A DNA stretch of 56,388 bases, filler included, from Circinaria calcarea (Eukaryota), in assembly GCA_051942165.1 (NCBI GenBank). It is 4 parts of 4 records of this genome, joined end to end, with 100 filler letters (N's around TTAATTAATTAA, not from the genome) between each part and the next. Parts side by side here need not be neighbours in the genome. Positions count along the whole stretch, not along the records: positions 14,152 to 28,193 come from JAVECS010000460.1; positions 28,294 to 42,299 come from JAVECS010000462.1; 2 more parts are not named here. One strand, 5' to 3'. Made by a program: the position numbers and the translations under genes. This document shows positions 24,340 through 37,229 of the stretch, one piece after another (within the stretch, counting starts at the first letter, position 1; each line of letters starts with the position of its first letter). Under the pieces are notes generated by a model. It searched no databases. It was not told where the DNA came from and worked only from the letters and a program-made list of their open reading frames with translations.

Positions 24340-27300
24340 ATGTCGACCCTCTACCATTGGAGTATTAGGACAGCAGATATGGCCACCATCTTCTCACTAC
24401 CTCCAACTCCTTCCGAAGGCCCCCGCACCGGACAGTCGGCATGGGCACCAAGCCTGCCAGCCATTGAGGATGATCAATCTATTGGTGATGTTCTGAGTTT
24501 GTTAAGAGGGTAATAGAAAATGGAGCAGTAGTGTTTCTTAGTCTCTGATGGTTTTCAGATACCTGGATGAAATCATCGATGTGCCTCATACGTTTGAGCA
24601 ACTCAAAACAACGTCTGCCGGGCAAGTGCTGAAGCCTCTGATATCATCTTTGTCTGACAGATGTCACCGTCCTATTATCGTTGCAGCTTTACTGTATGTC
24701 CCGGTTTACTTGATTCGGTCGGAATGGCCGTGCTTATAAGTTTCTGTAGCGTATTGAAATGGCATTATGGGGCGCTGGATCCCGATGAGCGCGGTCTCAA
24801 CGAGACTCGTGGATACGCATGCGAGATAGTTGCCTGGAGATTCTTGACAAGTCTATCTCAGTCCGAGCTTATTGATTACCTGCTCTACGAGCTACCTTCA
24901 ACCACAGCTAAGTCAAGCCGCAAAAGCCATGACCCGTTGCATAGAGTCCATTTTGACCACGACGACGCGGATGAGTCGCAAGATAATGGAACTGCCGAGT
25001 CCAGCCTCCTCTCTGATCAGGAAGATCTAGGCCATGATAGTACATCCCATGGCAATCAGGATCCATTGAGACGTGATATGGCGAAGAGGCCGCAAGATGA
25101 TCCAACGTCACCATTTATTGGCCTTAATGCCTTGGAGATTGCCGCTGTGGCAGATGCCAAAGGATTCCTTAGTCAGAGGGTGGTGCAGAAAATTGTCACG
25201 GGCATCTGGCGTGGCGATATCATGTTTTGGGATTCGCTGAATGTTCGTACCAAAAAAAAGGCACAACTGTATAATCAAAGGTGGGAAACAAAGATACCTG
25301 ATATGCCTCGTTCCGGGGCCCATTTCTCATCAGCTTCCTTCCATTCTTCATTTCTGGCAGTAACTTACAAATCAGCTTATCGATCACTGACTTCATCTAG
25401 CAAGGCGGACCCGTACGCTAGAATCCGCGTTCCTCGTTACCAAAAGGTGTTTGAAGCCTTGTTCTTTGGCACCTTTCTCGCTCTGTATTATGCGGTATTG
25501 GTGGAGCGGAATCCTCGACACATAACTTTTATTGAAGTCTTGCTTTACATATGGATTGCCGCTTTCAGTTATGAGGAACTTGGTGAATTCACCGACGCGG
25601 GGACTTTGTTCTACGCGGCCGACTTCTGGAGCCTTTGGGATTTAGGTATCATTGGTGTGGGGGTTGCATTCCTCATTTCTAGTAAGTACCTACCTACAAC
25701 AGGCGAAACCAGTGCGCTCTGTCATAATACTGTATACCACCTTCCTTATCAACACGAAACGGCTCACAGCTTACGACTCTTCCTGGCCAACACGAAACAT
25801 CTCACAACTTGCAACGCTTCCGGCTAATTTGATGCTAATGCGGCATGCATGCTTGCAGGAGTCATCGGTCTTGCAAAGGATAGTGATCGAATCATTGACA
25901 TCTCCTTTGACATCTTATCTCTGGAAGCGCTGTTCCTAGTGCCCAGGTAAGTCAAACGTTCTAGCAATAGGTACTCCGGCGATGTGACGGCGTGAGTAGG
26001 GTTTGCGCCCTCCTAAGTCTGCATCCTTACTTTGGAACTCTGGTAAGTGTCGGAGACGTTTGCTATAGCCAGTAGACCGCTGATTGTATAGATCCCATGT
26101 CTCAAAGAAATGGTATTGTCCCGGCAGACGGCCACCCTCGAGTGCAAAAGGTCTAATGTTATTGATTTGGTAGACCAAGGACTTCGTCAAGTTCCTGGGC
26201 GTGGTTATCATTCTCTACATGGGTGTGCATCCGGCCCAAATAGGCCATCTGCCGAGGACTTCCTTTCACTGCTAACCCTAGGTGATGAGGCTTCCTAACG
26301 ACGTTTACGCTGCTAGCAAGAGATCGATACAGCCTGCGACAGATTTCATGGATCTTGATTAATGTCTTCTTCGGGTGAGCTGCTACCCACGCAGAGCTCT
26401 GCTAAAGCCCTGTGACTAATGTGCAGGGTATAGGTCGAGTTATCTGGGGTTTGTGAGCATTCCGTGAATCCACGCGGTGCAGTGTTGATCGCGAGAGGGC
26501 TGACGACTTTCCAAGGAGGTTGCTTCCGAGGTAGGTCTAGTCGCATGCAATCAACAGACGAGTGCGCATCGTGCTTCGCTGACTGGACTGGTCCACCCTC
26601 AGATCTCACCTGCGCTAGGGCCAACGGTGGGTTAGCTCCAGCTCGAAACGCATTGGGCACTGGCGATGTTGAAGCAAGGCTGACCGATTGTCGCTTGCAG
26701 TTAATGCTGATATTCGTCTGCATGACGAACATCCTACTGATCACCTCTCTCATCAGTCTGCTTAGCAACAGCCTGACCAAGGTGAGTTTCAGCCTTCCGT
26801 CCTTGCATCGTGCGTCCTGTTTCCTCCACATACTTCCTGCAGGCCATCTCCGTTCGTGCATTATGAAGTTACAAAGGCTTTGCGATTGTCTGGGCTGCAC
26901 GGGTGTTCGCCGGGATCGAAACTCGGTAGCTGATTTGGGATAGGTTATGGCTAATGCTAGGGAGGAGTACCTGTTCCAGTAAGTTTAAGGTTCCGGGCGG
27001 AATCCGCTCAGCCCCAGATGCGCTGACAAAGTATTGTTTCAGGTACTCTGTATTCGTGCTTGAGGTTTGTTGTATCCAGCTATTCTACTTCGTCTTTGAC
27101 AGATGATAGGCTTCTGCCAGCCGGCGCTTGACCTATTACCTGCCACCACTGGTAAGTAGGCGTTAACTCCAACCTGTTGGCTCCCCCCATATGAACATGT
27201 GACCAACATTACGTGCACTTCCCCCGGGACGTATTGTACCCTCCATGCAGGTCATGGAAATGGATCTACATGGACTTTGTAGCAGTGTCGGCATGGCCTT

Positions 27301-27862
27301 CTGGCACGCACGCAAGCATGCCTGTAGATGTCCTTGACAACTGGACAGATTCTCTGTGAGCCGAGGCCGCAGGGGAACTTCTTGGCAACAGTCGAGCACA
27401 GATGCTAAAGCACGTGGAAGACAAACAAGCTAATGTTAGTCTTTGCAGAACCTGATACCGCTCATCCTGTTCCGGCCACTACGACTCTGTATACCAGCCG
27501 AGCAGTTGCGAGGCGCACGTATCATGCTCTTGAAGATTACGCATCTTCCCTATGTAGCGGCAATCCTGGCTTACGAGAGTGCTAGTCGATATATGAGTCA
27601 AGACGGAGATAGCTGGCGATCAGAATCCCCGAAGCCTTCGCAGAGAAAGTCGCTCCTGGCTAGTCGACTCAGCTCGTCACGTAAGCCTTTACTGCCAGCG
27701 CTTAGAAGCCGGTCGGAGGCATCATTGATCAAGACTCCGACCGCTGCCGACGTACGCCCCAGCCCTGCGGGGTCCAATGACCTCTATGATTTGAAACAGA
27801 TGATCTTGAAGCTGAATGCGCAAGTCGAGGAGCTAACATTACGACTTGATCGGCAGCAGTAG
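24340..27862 (+). CDS. YVC1: TRP-like vacuolar cation channel (YVC1/TRPY1 family), multi-exon
   Basis: PHTFEQL, RGYACEIVAWRFL, GLNALEIAAVADAKGFLSQRVVQKIV, RIRVPRYQKVFE, PYFGTL, NILLITSLISLLSNSL. Internal exon boundaries and the start (24340 vs 24379) are not fully resolved. Confidence 0.85.
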
Positions 27863-27922
27863 ACAAGTGCACGCATCGACCTGGTACCACTGCAGGTGTC
27901 GGTAGCTTCGAGCCCGAGCCGA

Positions 27923-27940
27923 AGCAGCAGCAGCAGCAGC
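27923..27940. repeat. (AGC)6 microsatellite in the 3' flank of the channel gene
   Basis: Read directly from the sequence. Confidence 0.85.
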
Positions 27941-28193
27941 ATCATGATAATGGTGTGTGTTACAGCGTGCCCGCCTACCAGCACTCTAGCTAGTTTGATT
28001 ATGTGCGATCGAAGGATGTAACCGGATGAAATTGGTTTCAGATGCTGCACATCCCACGAGGCCGATCATCGCCCTGTTACTCGAAGGAGGTTAGGGATTC
28101 TGCAGTTTTGACTAGCCCTCACCCTGCCCGTCCACGTTGTTTCTGATCATCCGGAGTCGCGATCAGCAGGAATAAGGCCGAACGACGACGACT

Positions 28194-28293
28194 NNNNNNN
28201 NNNNNNNNNNNNNNNNNNNNNNNNNNNNNNNNNNNNNTTAATTAATTAANNNNNNNNNNNNNNNNNNNNNNNNNNNNNNNNNNNNNNNNNNNN
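28194..28293. other. Artificial contig-joining linker
   Basis: Identical N44-TTAATTAATTAA-N44. Confidence 0.97.
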
Positions 28294-28586
28294 CTGGCAG
28301 TACCCAAGATAGGGTAGTGCTGGTCTTCTAGTTACAAACATGTCGCTTCTCCACGACTAGCGCCGCCGGAACACCTTTACCTTGCAATTCAGGATGTGGT
28401 GACTGCATTGACCATACCAACCCACTCATTCACATCCTGAATTTCAGGCCGATATGATTGAGAGCTGTACGAATAGTCTGCCTGCATCAGAAGTCGCGGG
28501 GTTTGTGGAGAACCCAGCTCTCTATATAAGATCTTGTATCAGCTTGACTCAAAACCCCTTAGGTAGACAAATTGGCCAATACCTCA

Positions 28587-31500
28587 TCAGGGGCTCTGCT
28601 TCGTAATGCGTGCTCCCCTATCCAACAATGCCGTTAATGCCGGATCCTCTGGGTGTGGAGGCCGATCTTTGGCGACGAACATGGTATTCGTGATCAAAGC
28701 GTTTTGAAAATATCGACTGGCCTTCTTTTCCCGAAGTTGACGTCTCTTCTGGTAGCTTTGGTAAGTATGCTCGTCCAAGGTAGCGTAAAGGTATTTTGGA
28801 TGGACCCCTATCAATTGCGCGCCTTTTTGCCCAAAGCCAAAAGACGTAAGGGAAAAGGCTTTGATGCCGTTTGTCTGGATGCTGGTGCTTGGAAAGACGA
28901 CATGTTCAAACTGGTTAAGAGACACGTCTATGTTATCGGCATTCATATTCCCAGGTACCAGCCCACTACTGAGCATCTGCATGCACCCATTGAGCATCCA
29001 TGCACCGGCAGCACCTTTGGGATGGCCGGTCAGGTATTTCTGAGTAACCCCCAAGATCATGTTTCCTTTTTTTCGGCCAAGGCTCTTCAACTGCTGCTGC
29101 ACTGCTTCCACTTCATTCTTATCCCCTATGATCGTTGAAGTCCCGTGGAAGGAAGTGACGCTGACATCGTCAATAGTGAGGCCCCAGGTTGCTAAGGCCC
29201 CTCGCAAAGGTGAGATTCGATTGTCATTGGCCCAGAAATGGTTCCCGAAGCTGTTCATTGCTTCTTTCTCCTGCCGTTGAGCTTCCTGGTTTATATGGTG
29301 GATGTGTTCCTTCATGTAAGTAGGGACGTCGAACATCACATCTGTTGTTTTCATATTCTCAGCTTCCTCATACATCCACGCCAACTGCAAGGCCCAAATA
29401 TCATTGATCTGCATTCGTCGCAATTCGAATTGCCTTCTGCGGTAATTAATGTCTAGGAGCGGTGACGGAAATGCGGTTGATGTCTCTGCGGCGCATCCTA
29501 CAATTCCTTTCCCAGGAGCAGGTATCGAACGGCCAAGTTTGTCGCTTGCGGTCCCAGTAAATGCAATAATTGCATAAATTGGCAGACCCATCTCTAAAGC
29601 AAGTTCTGCTGTTGTGATGACTTGGAGACCGCATCCATGAGCCTCTACAAAGCCATTCCTTGAAGAGGTCATGGGTCTCGACATCTCCTTTGGAGTCCGG
29701 CCGCGATCGAATTCATCCCTTACGTTAACGGTGGCCTTCATATTTGCAAATTCAGAGGCTACTGCTTCTGACAAATCGTCAACCCCTCCTACCAGACACA
29801 TTTTGGCCTTTCCGCTCATGATCAATTCGCATCCGCTGTCCAGCGATTCGATAGAGGTAGCACAGGCTCCTACGGGTGTCTTGATAGGGCCGCTGGAAGA
29901 AAGAAGTAACATGTTGATCCATGCGCCGACGGTATTGATGAACGTCTCCTGGAGAATATCGTTCTGGACTGGCCTGCCCAAATATCGGCCCTTGAACATC
30001 TCTGCCAAGGAATCCATGCCACCTATACCAGAGCCAATACAGTTGCCAACTTCTGAGGTGTGAATGTATTGGTAAAATTCATAGAAGTCGGTGATGCCTG
30101 CAGAAAGTAGCGCTTCAACAGTACAAACAAGAGTGTAAAGCGTGATCGGGTCTACTTGCGAGACGATATCATCCGAAATCCCATATGTTCGTGCGGTCCA
30201 TCCGGTTGGAATCTGGCCCGCAACCACGTTCCCGTACTGCACAGCTTTAGGAATCATCAGAATAGCCCCTTTCTTGATTCGTACAATCCACTCGCCAGAC
30301 GCCGGGTCCTCGAAGATCTCAGCCAAGTGCCCATGCTTCCTCTGAAACTCTTCAGCTGTTTCCTTCGATGCGCTGAATGGCTCAAGATCCTCTTGAATAG
30401 CAACCTCCTGGAGTATATCTGTTTGGTGAGGGTCATTACCGTCCCAGAATTCAGGTTCGATAATCCGGATACCGGAATGCTCTAAAATGTACTTCTCGTA
30501 CCTTTTCTTAACATCCTTATCATCGACTGTTTCGCCGGTCTTTGTGTCAACCCAGCCAGAATACTGCTTTCCATTGATTGTTCCACTATGGTATTTGATG
30601 AGACCCATGATCCAAGACATTTCCATGCAGCCTTCAATGGAGAATTTGGAATGGGCTTCCATTTCCCATCTCGTGCGGGAATTACCGTATGGTCCTAACT
30701 CCGAGAATCCCGTAATAACAACGACGTGCTCAAGATCGATCATTCCTTTCAGTTGGGAAGCCAGGGGCCCAGCTTCTGCGTTATAGTCTGGTAGGGCCGG
30801 GAAATTTATCAACATATTGGCGCGAGGCTCAAGAACCACTGCTTGTGCTATCGAAGGAGCATGGTCGTTCTTAATATGGCTATTCTCTATGCATGTCTCT
30901 TCCGCAACTACCCTGCGGATGTTGCCAACCTCATTAACATTCCGTCGTATCTCGTCCACTGTGCGGGAGAGATTGGAGATGGAATCGAGTCCACCACTCA
31001 AATCTGCAATCAATGGCTCGTCTTGACAAAGGTTGATCATGGATGGCGTAGCAAGCCCAATGATGTTAAAGGCCATCTCTTTCTGTGAGAATGTTCGGAC
31101 CCCAAGATTTTCAATGCCTTCGGCGACCATGTCGTTGCTAGCCATTAAGCCTGTCCCACGAGTCCACCCAATAGCTGCACCGCAGATGGACAGGTAGTTG
31201 CCCCATTGTTCAGAATGCCATTTGTTGAACAGGCTTTCAAGTCCCATTTTAGACTCGGAATAAAGGCCATCGTTTCCGAAGATACCGTGGTTGGCTGACA
31301 AAGGTAAGATAACCTGAGCTGGACGTGTTTGATACCCGCGTATCTGCTTTTGCTCCTTTATGGCGCCGAGAAGACGTATTGTATTCGTTAACATGATGCG
31401 ATGTGCCAGCTCGCTCTTTGAGTCTATGCGGTCTATAGCACGGTCTGTTTCAGAAACAGCGGCGAATGGGATTACGATGTCGAGATCCCAGCCCAGCCCC

Positions 31501-33714
31501 TTTTTGGAGTCGTAGATATATTCAATCAGTGCTTTGATATCCTGCTGGCTTCCCTGGTTGAAGGGCAACAGTATCATTTGAGAGCCGCGGGCACCGCACT
31601 GAGAGTACAGGTTTTGGAAGTATTGGGTCGTTTCTGCAGAATAGTTACTGGTCGTCACTAGAACCTTGGCTCCTCCACTGATGAGGCACTGAAGAAGTTC
31701 AGATCCGATAGAACCACTTCCCGCTCCGGTTAAAAGAACATTTTTCTCATGGAAAGACACCCCTATGTTCTTTATTCGGTTCAAAGACTCCAGGTATGCG
31801 TCCGACATACGCTCCTCCCGTTCCCATCCAAAGGCTCCCCTTTTCTTCACATGTAGTAACGGAACGCTCCAGGGTTGCTTGTAGTATGGTATTCCGAAAT
31901 CTGCAGCTCCTTCATCAATAAATTGCTCCGGTTTTTTCACGGGCGACCTTGGAACCTCGATTGTTTCTATCTTGCCGTGTGCTCCGACAATGGTCCGAGG
32001 AGCACTGGAATTCCAAGCGCTTTGGAAAACTGGCAGTCTCGCTAAACCATCCTCACATCTGCAGAGGAGGTGCTCGATGGTCTTTTTAGCGGTTGCATAA
32101 CTACTTCCTTGCTCCACCCGACACCGACTTATAAGATATCTCATACAGTCGAGAAGCTTTGGACTCGAAGCGTTGACGATGTGGAGAAATTGTCGTTCGA
32201 AATCCCAATCAGTGCTTTGCAAGGTCCCAAGGAGAATACCATAGAACATTTTGAAAAGATCTTGTAGGGCCCAGTTCCAAAAGGAGTCGTATATGCGAAC
32301 ATTCAAAGGTTTAAGAATCGGTTTAATCCCGGAAGCATAAAACTCTCCGTGTTCGAGGTTCCAAAGATCGAGTTGTACCTGCAAGTTTTCCTGCGTCTTA
32401 CGTGAAGAATTCAGTGCTTTGTCGGCTGCTCTGAGATTGATATTAAGAGACCTAGCATAGAGCTCTAATTTCCTCCGGGAGAGATCTTTCTGATGTTCGC
32501 TCACGCAGTTTAAGGATGCAGAATCCAGCAGGACTTGCCCAGCAAGCTCTACTGCGGGTTGCTCATGGGATATACCTGCACCTGTTAGGTGTTTTTGGGC
32601 AATGCTGTCTAAGAAAGCTCTTGCATCTTTTTCAGTGGCGAGGCGAGTGTTAGGCTGCGCCATGATTGCAGATAAAAGGACTGCGTCCTGTCGGCCCTCC
32701 TTAAGGCCCCAATGGCCTTTCAGATAGCTTCTCGCCGCAGAAACGCCGAAACCTCCTGGCATTTTCGTCGACATCAATCGCGCCACCAGTGTTGAGGTTT
32801 GTTTGCCGAGGCGCCCAGTGAATGATGGTTTAATCCAATCACTAAGCTCATCCAGGCCGCATTCTTCAGGCCTCTCAGGTAAACTCCCGAATTCGTTGAT
32901 TAAATCCCCGGAAAGTTCATTCTCTAAGGTTGACCTGCCTAATGGTATGTCAGTGTCAAGGACGAGACCTTCTGTCTTGCCAAAGATACTGGACGAGCAT
33001 ACATACCTGCGGCAAGTATCTTGATCGTATTACTCAAGGAGAGTTTGTCGGTAGATTTCTTCAGCTTTTCTGCAACTATCGTCCGTACAATATCACTGAC
33101 TTGCGGGTTACTATCAGCTACCAATGCTACTGTTCTATTGCTTGATGATACTGCCTGCCCAATTGCTGCTGCAGAATAACCTGCTGGGCCACTAATCGGC
33201 GAGGGCGGAGTCTCCAATATGGTCCGAGAAGTAGGATCCTGCTCATCTTCCACCTGTTCTGCATGATAATAGAGTTCGTTCTTATGCTTTTGGCAGCAAA
33301 GAAGCTGCCTCTGGATTGATAACGCAGTGTCGCGGGTTTGATGTATATTATTGATGGTATGCTCAGCCATCCGGATCAAAGTATCCGAGGGGCCTATTTC
33401 AACAAGCCGCTCAACTTTCTTGTGTACTAGTAGTACATTCTGCGTTTCGATCCTGAGGACTATGTTAGCCAAGGCCTTGTAATGAATGCACTCAAGAAAC
33501 GCGACAGCCCCTTTCCGAGAACACTCGTCTACACTTCAAAACTAATCACAGCAACCTGAGGGCTCTGGAAACCTACCATTTCACCGGGAAGCAAAACTGA
33601 TGTCTGGTGTTTGCGCATTAGCATTTTGGTCAAGGGAAACCGGTAAAGGTGTGCTCACGATAACAATTCTATAAGAAGCACGTAAGTGAGCTCCTGCTCA
33701 ACCTCCGGAGTCAT
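28587..33714 (-). CDS. Fatty acid synthase alpha subunit (ACP-KR-KS, ~1626 aa), secondary-metabolism type, no C-terminal PPT domain
   Basis: Exons 33714-33659, 33603-33577, 33452-33007, 32938-28587. MTPEVEQEL..HQFCFPVKWIETQ, ACP GRSTLENE, KR LLTGAGSGSIG and YSESKMGL, KS TPVGACATS, FHGTST, GHPKGAAG. Stops right after the KS domain. Confidence 0.93.
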
Positions 33715-34682
33715 CTTGATCTCCTTGTCTTGTCGTAGATCAAGTAGCTTAATTGACGGGGCAGTTTCGACGAAAGGTCAATCAGAGAAAGGTGAGCCAT
33801 GATATGGGAGAGTGACAACGTAGATGGCGGAGCTGAGCCTAACAGGACGAACAGGAGGTGCTCCATGTCGTCTCTAAAGATAGGTACATAGAATTTACTA
33901 AAGCCGGCATCTCGAGTTTGTTGGACTTACGGGAGCAGCATGTCAAGTCGCGCCATAGATGTGTAGCTGTCTCACTGTGCCGCAAGACCAACCGGAGTTC
34001 GAGCGTGTTGGAGAGCTTCGCCTTCCTTCCAACTGTGAAGATAACCCGGCGCTCCTACACGCTGTTCCAGCTCGCATTTCAAGTAATACAATTCGGTTAG
34101 TTTTCCCAAGTGCTGCAGACCATGTATTGGACTGTTCCCCTGGAGTATAACGTCAGACGTCGCGAGGCAGTGAGTCGTCAAAAGACTCGCTACATGAAAC
34201 GAAAAAGTCCTGCAAGCACATTCTCCTTAGGCTTTGGCCACTGCACTTCCACGCTATTAACCAATCCGTGAACAGTTTACTTCGGGATACTGAAAGTTCA
34301 TTGACGCAACTATGCAAACTGTTGTCGATATCTATCGGTTTCTACCGGCCGCTGATGCAATACAATAATCAGAATGTTCTTAACAGCTCCCACCTAGCCA
34401 TGGCTTGTATCCCCTTCTCATCATTCGCTTGTCTACCTCCCCGGCCTCTCTTCTTATCTTCTACCCAGAAATGTCGCCCAATGTCCATCGAGTCCCCCTA
34501 TCCTCCATTACCTTTCCTCGGGCGGCGCCACGCCTGTCCACGACTCCGCTCTCATACTGGACACCGGCACTCTCAATTCCACAAAATGAGTGATGACTCT
34601 TGGCGGTTGCTTACTGCTGCTATCTCCGAGTCCTTCGGGTTTAAACCGATGGGCAAGTTTAGACAAAGTAAGGGATCGTAGT

Positions 34683-36006
34683 TCATGTAGTAAATAGGCA
34701 TTGCTGTGTTGAATAGACCAACTTTGACGATGCCCAGACACAGAAAGCGGCAACCCAGCAGTAGCCTACAATACGCCATTTCAGGCCAATTGAATCTTCA
34801 ACCCTGTTTTGTTCTGCAAGTTCGCGAGATTCCAGGATTTCATCGGTAGACGATGGCTGCGTTCGTTTCGAAGTCCGCAACTTCGCCATAGATCCATTTG
34901 ATCGAAGGGCTGTTGTAGTCTTTGCGGAACTCAACGATTTCACCGTGTCACCCTCGAGAGGTCTTGTGCCATTCGAACCTTCCGACTTTTTGGAAGTTGC
35001 TAACATATACAATCTTATTATTTGATCCTCAGCAAAGATTGCTGTAGCGACGCTGAGGTAGTACCGCATCTGTGGCATGACGGAGCATCGGAGGGGCACG
35101 TCCGGAGCTGCCGCGATATGCAAGAGGGCAGAGATCATGAAGGTAGCAATGATTATCAACGGTCGCGAAAATCTGCTACTACGAGGTAATCCGAGTACAT
35201 TATTGAGGATAACGAAAGCGTGTACGGTGAATGCTTTACGCATGAGCGAATGCCAAAAGTTCCTAAAGTATATTAGATACTAAACTCGAGACTGGTGATG
35301 TTGCGCGTAGTTACCCATAGAACCGGCGCATGGTATACGCTTCTTTGATGCCTCCATACAGAGGACGCCATCCCGCGGGAGAATCTCCACATACAACCGC
35401 TAGAAATCCTGCGGTGTTGTGTGCAGCTCGAAGTGTGAGATAGGGTATTGACATGCTAGCGACTGCTAGATATGTTCGTATCGTTATTTCCCGTAGCGTT
35501 ACCGAGGACAGGCGGTGAAGGTAACCGTTGGATACCTCGGTGAAGTCCTCGATGTAGAGTTCGGGTGTATAAGTCTCGAACAGGTATATCAGAGCCGTTG
35601 TCCAGGCGAGATCCCAGAGTTTGTACATAAGGAATGAGGTTTTGGAGGGGGATCTATCTGGATCTCTTTCGTCAAAGGGAGGCAGGTTACTTGCGCGTAC
35701 ACTCCATCGCGGATTGAAAATCTGATTAAACGCCCACTGAAGCCGAGTGCGCGACTCTCCATCAATCGGGGGGGATAGCTTCGCCAGGCATAGCCAGTAA
35801 TTTGTGTGGAGAATGAAGCCGACGAGATATTCTGCGCCGATATAGCCTGGAATCGTGCTAACCACCGTACTCCGAACAGAAATCAAGCAACATATCGCAA
35901 CAAGAGCGACAGCTGCTGGTCTCTGAATCGACGTTGGACTGGTGTAGGCTAGAGCAAGACAACAGACGATCTTTGAGAAGTAGAAAGGAAGAACGGAATC
36001 AATCAT
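34683..36006 (-). CDS. Membrane-bound O-acyltransferase (MBOAT_2 / wax synthase / TRI7-like)
   Basis: Exons 36006-35315 and 35262-34683. WRPLYGGIKEAYTMRRFYG/NFWHSLMRK, FMISALLH, WRIVGYCWV. Several hydrophobic segments. Confidence 0.85.
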
Positions 36007-37055
36007 GACGCCAGTGGGATCTGGAAAGGAAGTTGGGCAAGAGACACCGAAGAATGACTCGTAGTGACAAGAGAATTCAGCGCCAGTGGGGAGATTGAAG
36101 AGGAAGCATACATCAAAAGGAAGACATGAGTTGATCTCAATCCAGCGAGTCTACGGAGTAATGTACCAAAGAAGCACAATTGGTCTTGCCGGCCCCATTG
36201 CGCCGTCGATGCGCCAACGCAAGACCAACATCATGTAGATGATTACTTCCTCTGTCTATGGTGGTTCATTCAACCCACCATATGCCTGGTAAGCAATAAG
36301 CATTGCGCCCCCAGACGGAGACTTGTTATCGAGGAGGCACGGCGAGGATTCTCATGGGCAGTGCAAAACAGAGTTGGCTTTACTAGTGTGCCAAGCAGCT
36401 AGAACTAGGGAGCCCCCCCCCACAAAGGTTTGTTGAGACACCGCCGACCATTGGGGGCGTCTATTGAAGCCATAGCGGCCGAAGGGTCCCCCTCCCAACT
36501 TTTCCCGCACCGCCCTCTTTACTCTCACTCTCGCACTATCAACCTATCACATCCAAGAAACTGTCCCTTGATTGGCACACTCCCGAGCCGCCACGCACGG
36601 ACAACATAACGCGAATATTCTCGTGTGAGGCTATAACTGATACGGATAAACCGACTGTTGGAACAGAATAGTTGGTCCCCTTGGACCAACATAGAGAGAA
36701 AAGCCTTGCCCCTCTATCGAATTGAGATCTCCGAAATCCAATACACCAACCTACACCACGACTATAGCCTTCTCGAAAACCAACATGAAGCTGCACGACA
36801 GTGTACTGTCCGCCCACGTTTCAGAACTCACACGGCCGTTGTTCAGTCCAGCTAGCCCGGTAAAGTGAGGAGTACGCTTGACCTATGGGTCTACAACGCT
36901 CTCTCACAAGCACGGCTGATGAGCTACTGCTCCTGTCTGAATCCCGCGCATTTGTGTCCAGCCTCAACTACTAACCAACAGTAAGCATGGCGGAGATTGG
37001 GAAGACTGTGCCAACATGGAGGTACTGAACATTGCTCTGGCCGGTAAGGACTTTG

Positions 37056-37065
37056 ATATATATAT
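37056..37065 (+). promoter_or_regulatory. TATA-like element upstream of the secreted precursor gene
   Basis: ATATATATAT about 170 bp upstream of the ATG at 37230, followed by a pyrimidine/CA-rich leader. Confidence 0.4.
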
Positions 37066-37229
37066 GTGTGGGTAGAGTCCTCTCTTTTGCTCCTCCAGAT
37101 CAGAACAATCATCCACTCCTACAATAAAACAGCATACAATTGAAGGCTTCTTTCGATTCAATCCTACATTCTTATTCATCTTACAAGACTTGACATCTAT
37201 TTAATAATCTTCCACACACACTCTACATC

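Noticed and set aside
26346..26943. 184-aa (-) and 159-aa (+) ORFs inside the channel gene
   Set aside because: Mostly intron read-through around a real YVC1 exon, plus its antisense.
28294..28586. Additional FAS alpha exon encoding a PPT domain
   Set aside because: The intron-like GTATTG..GCTGAT..TAG signal lies after tandem TGA TGA stops, and I see no AcpS-type GVDVE motif downstream.
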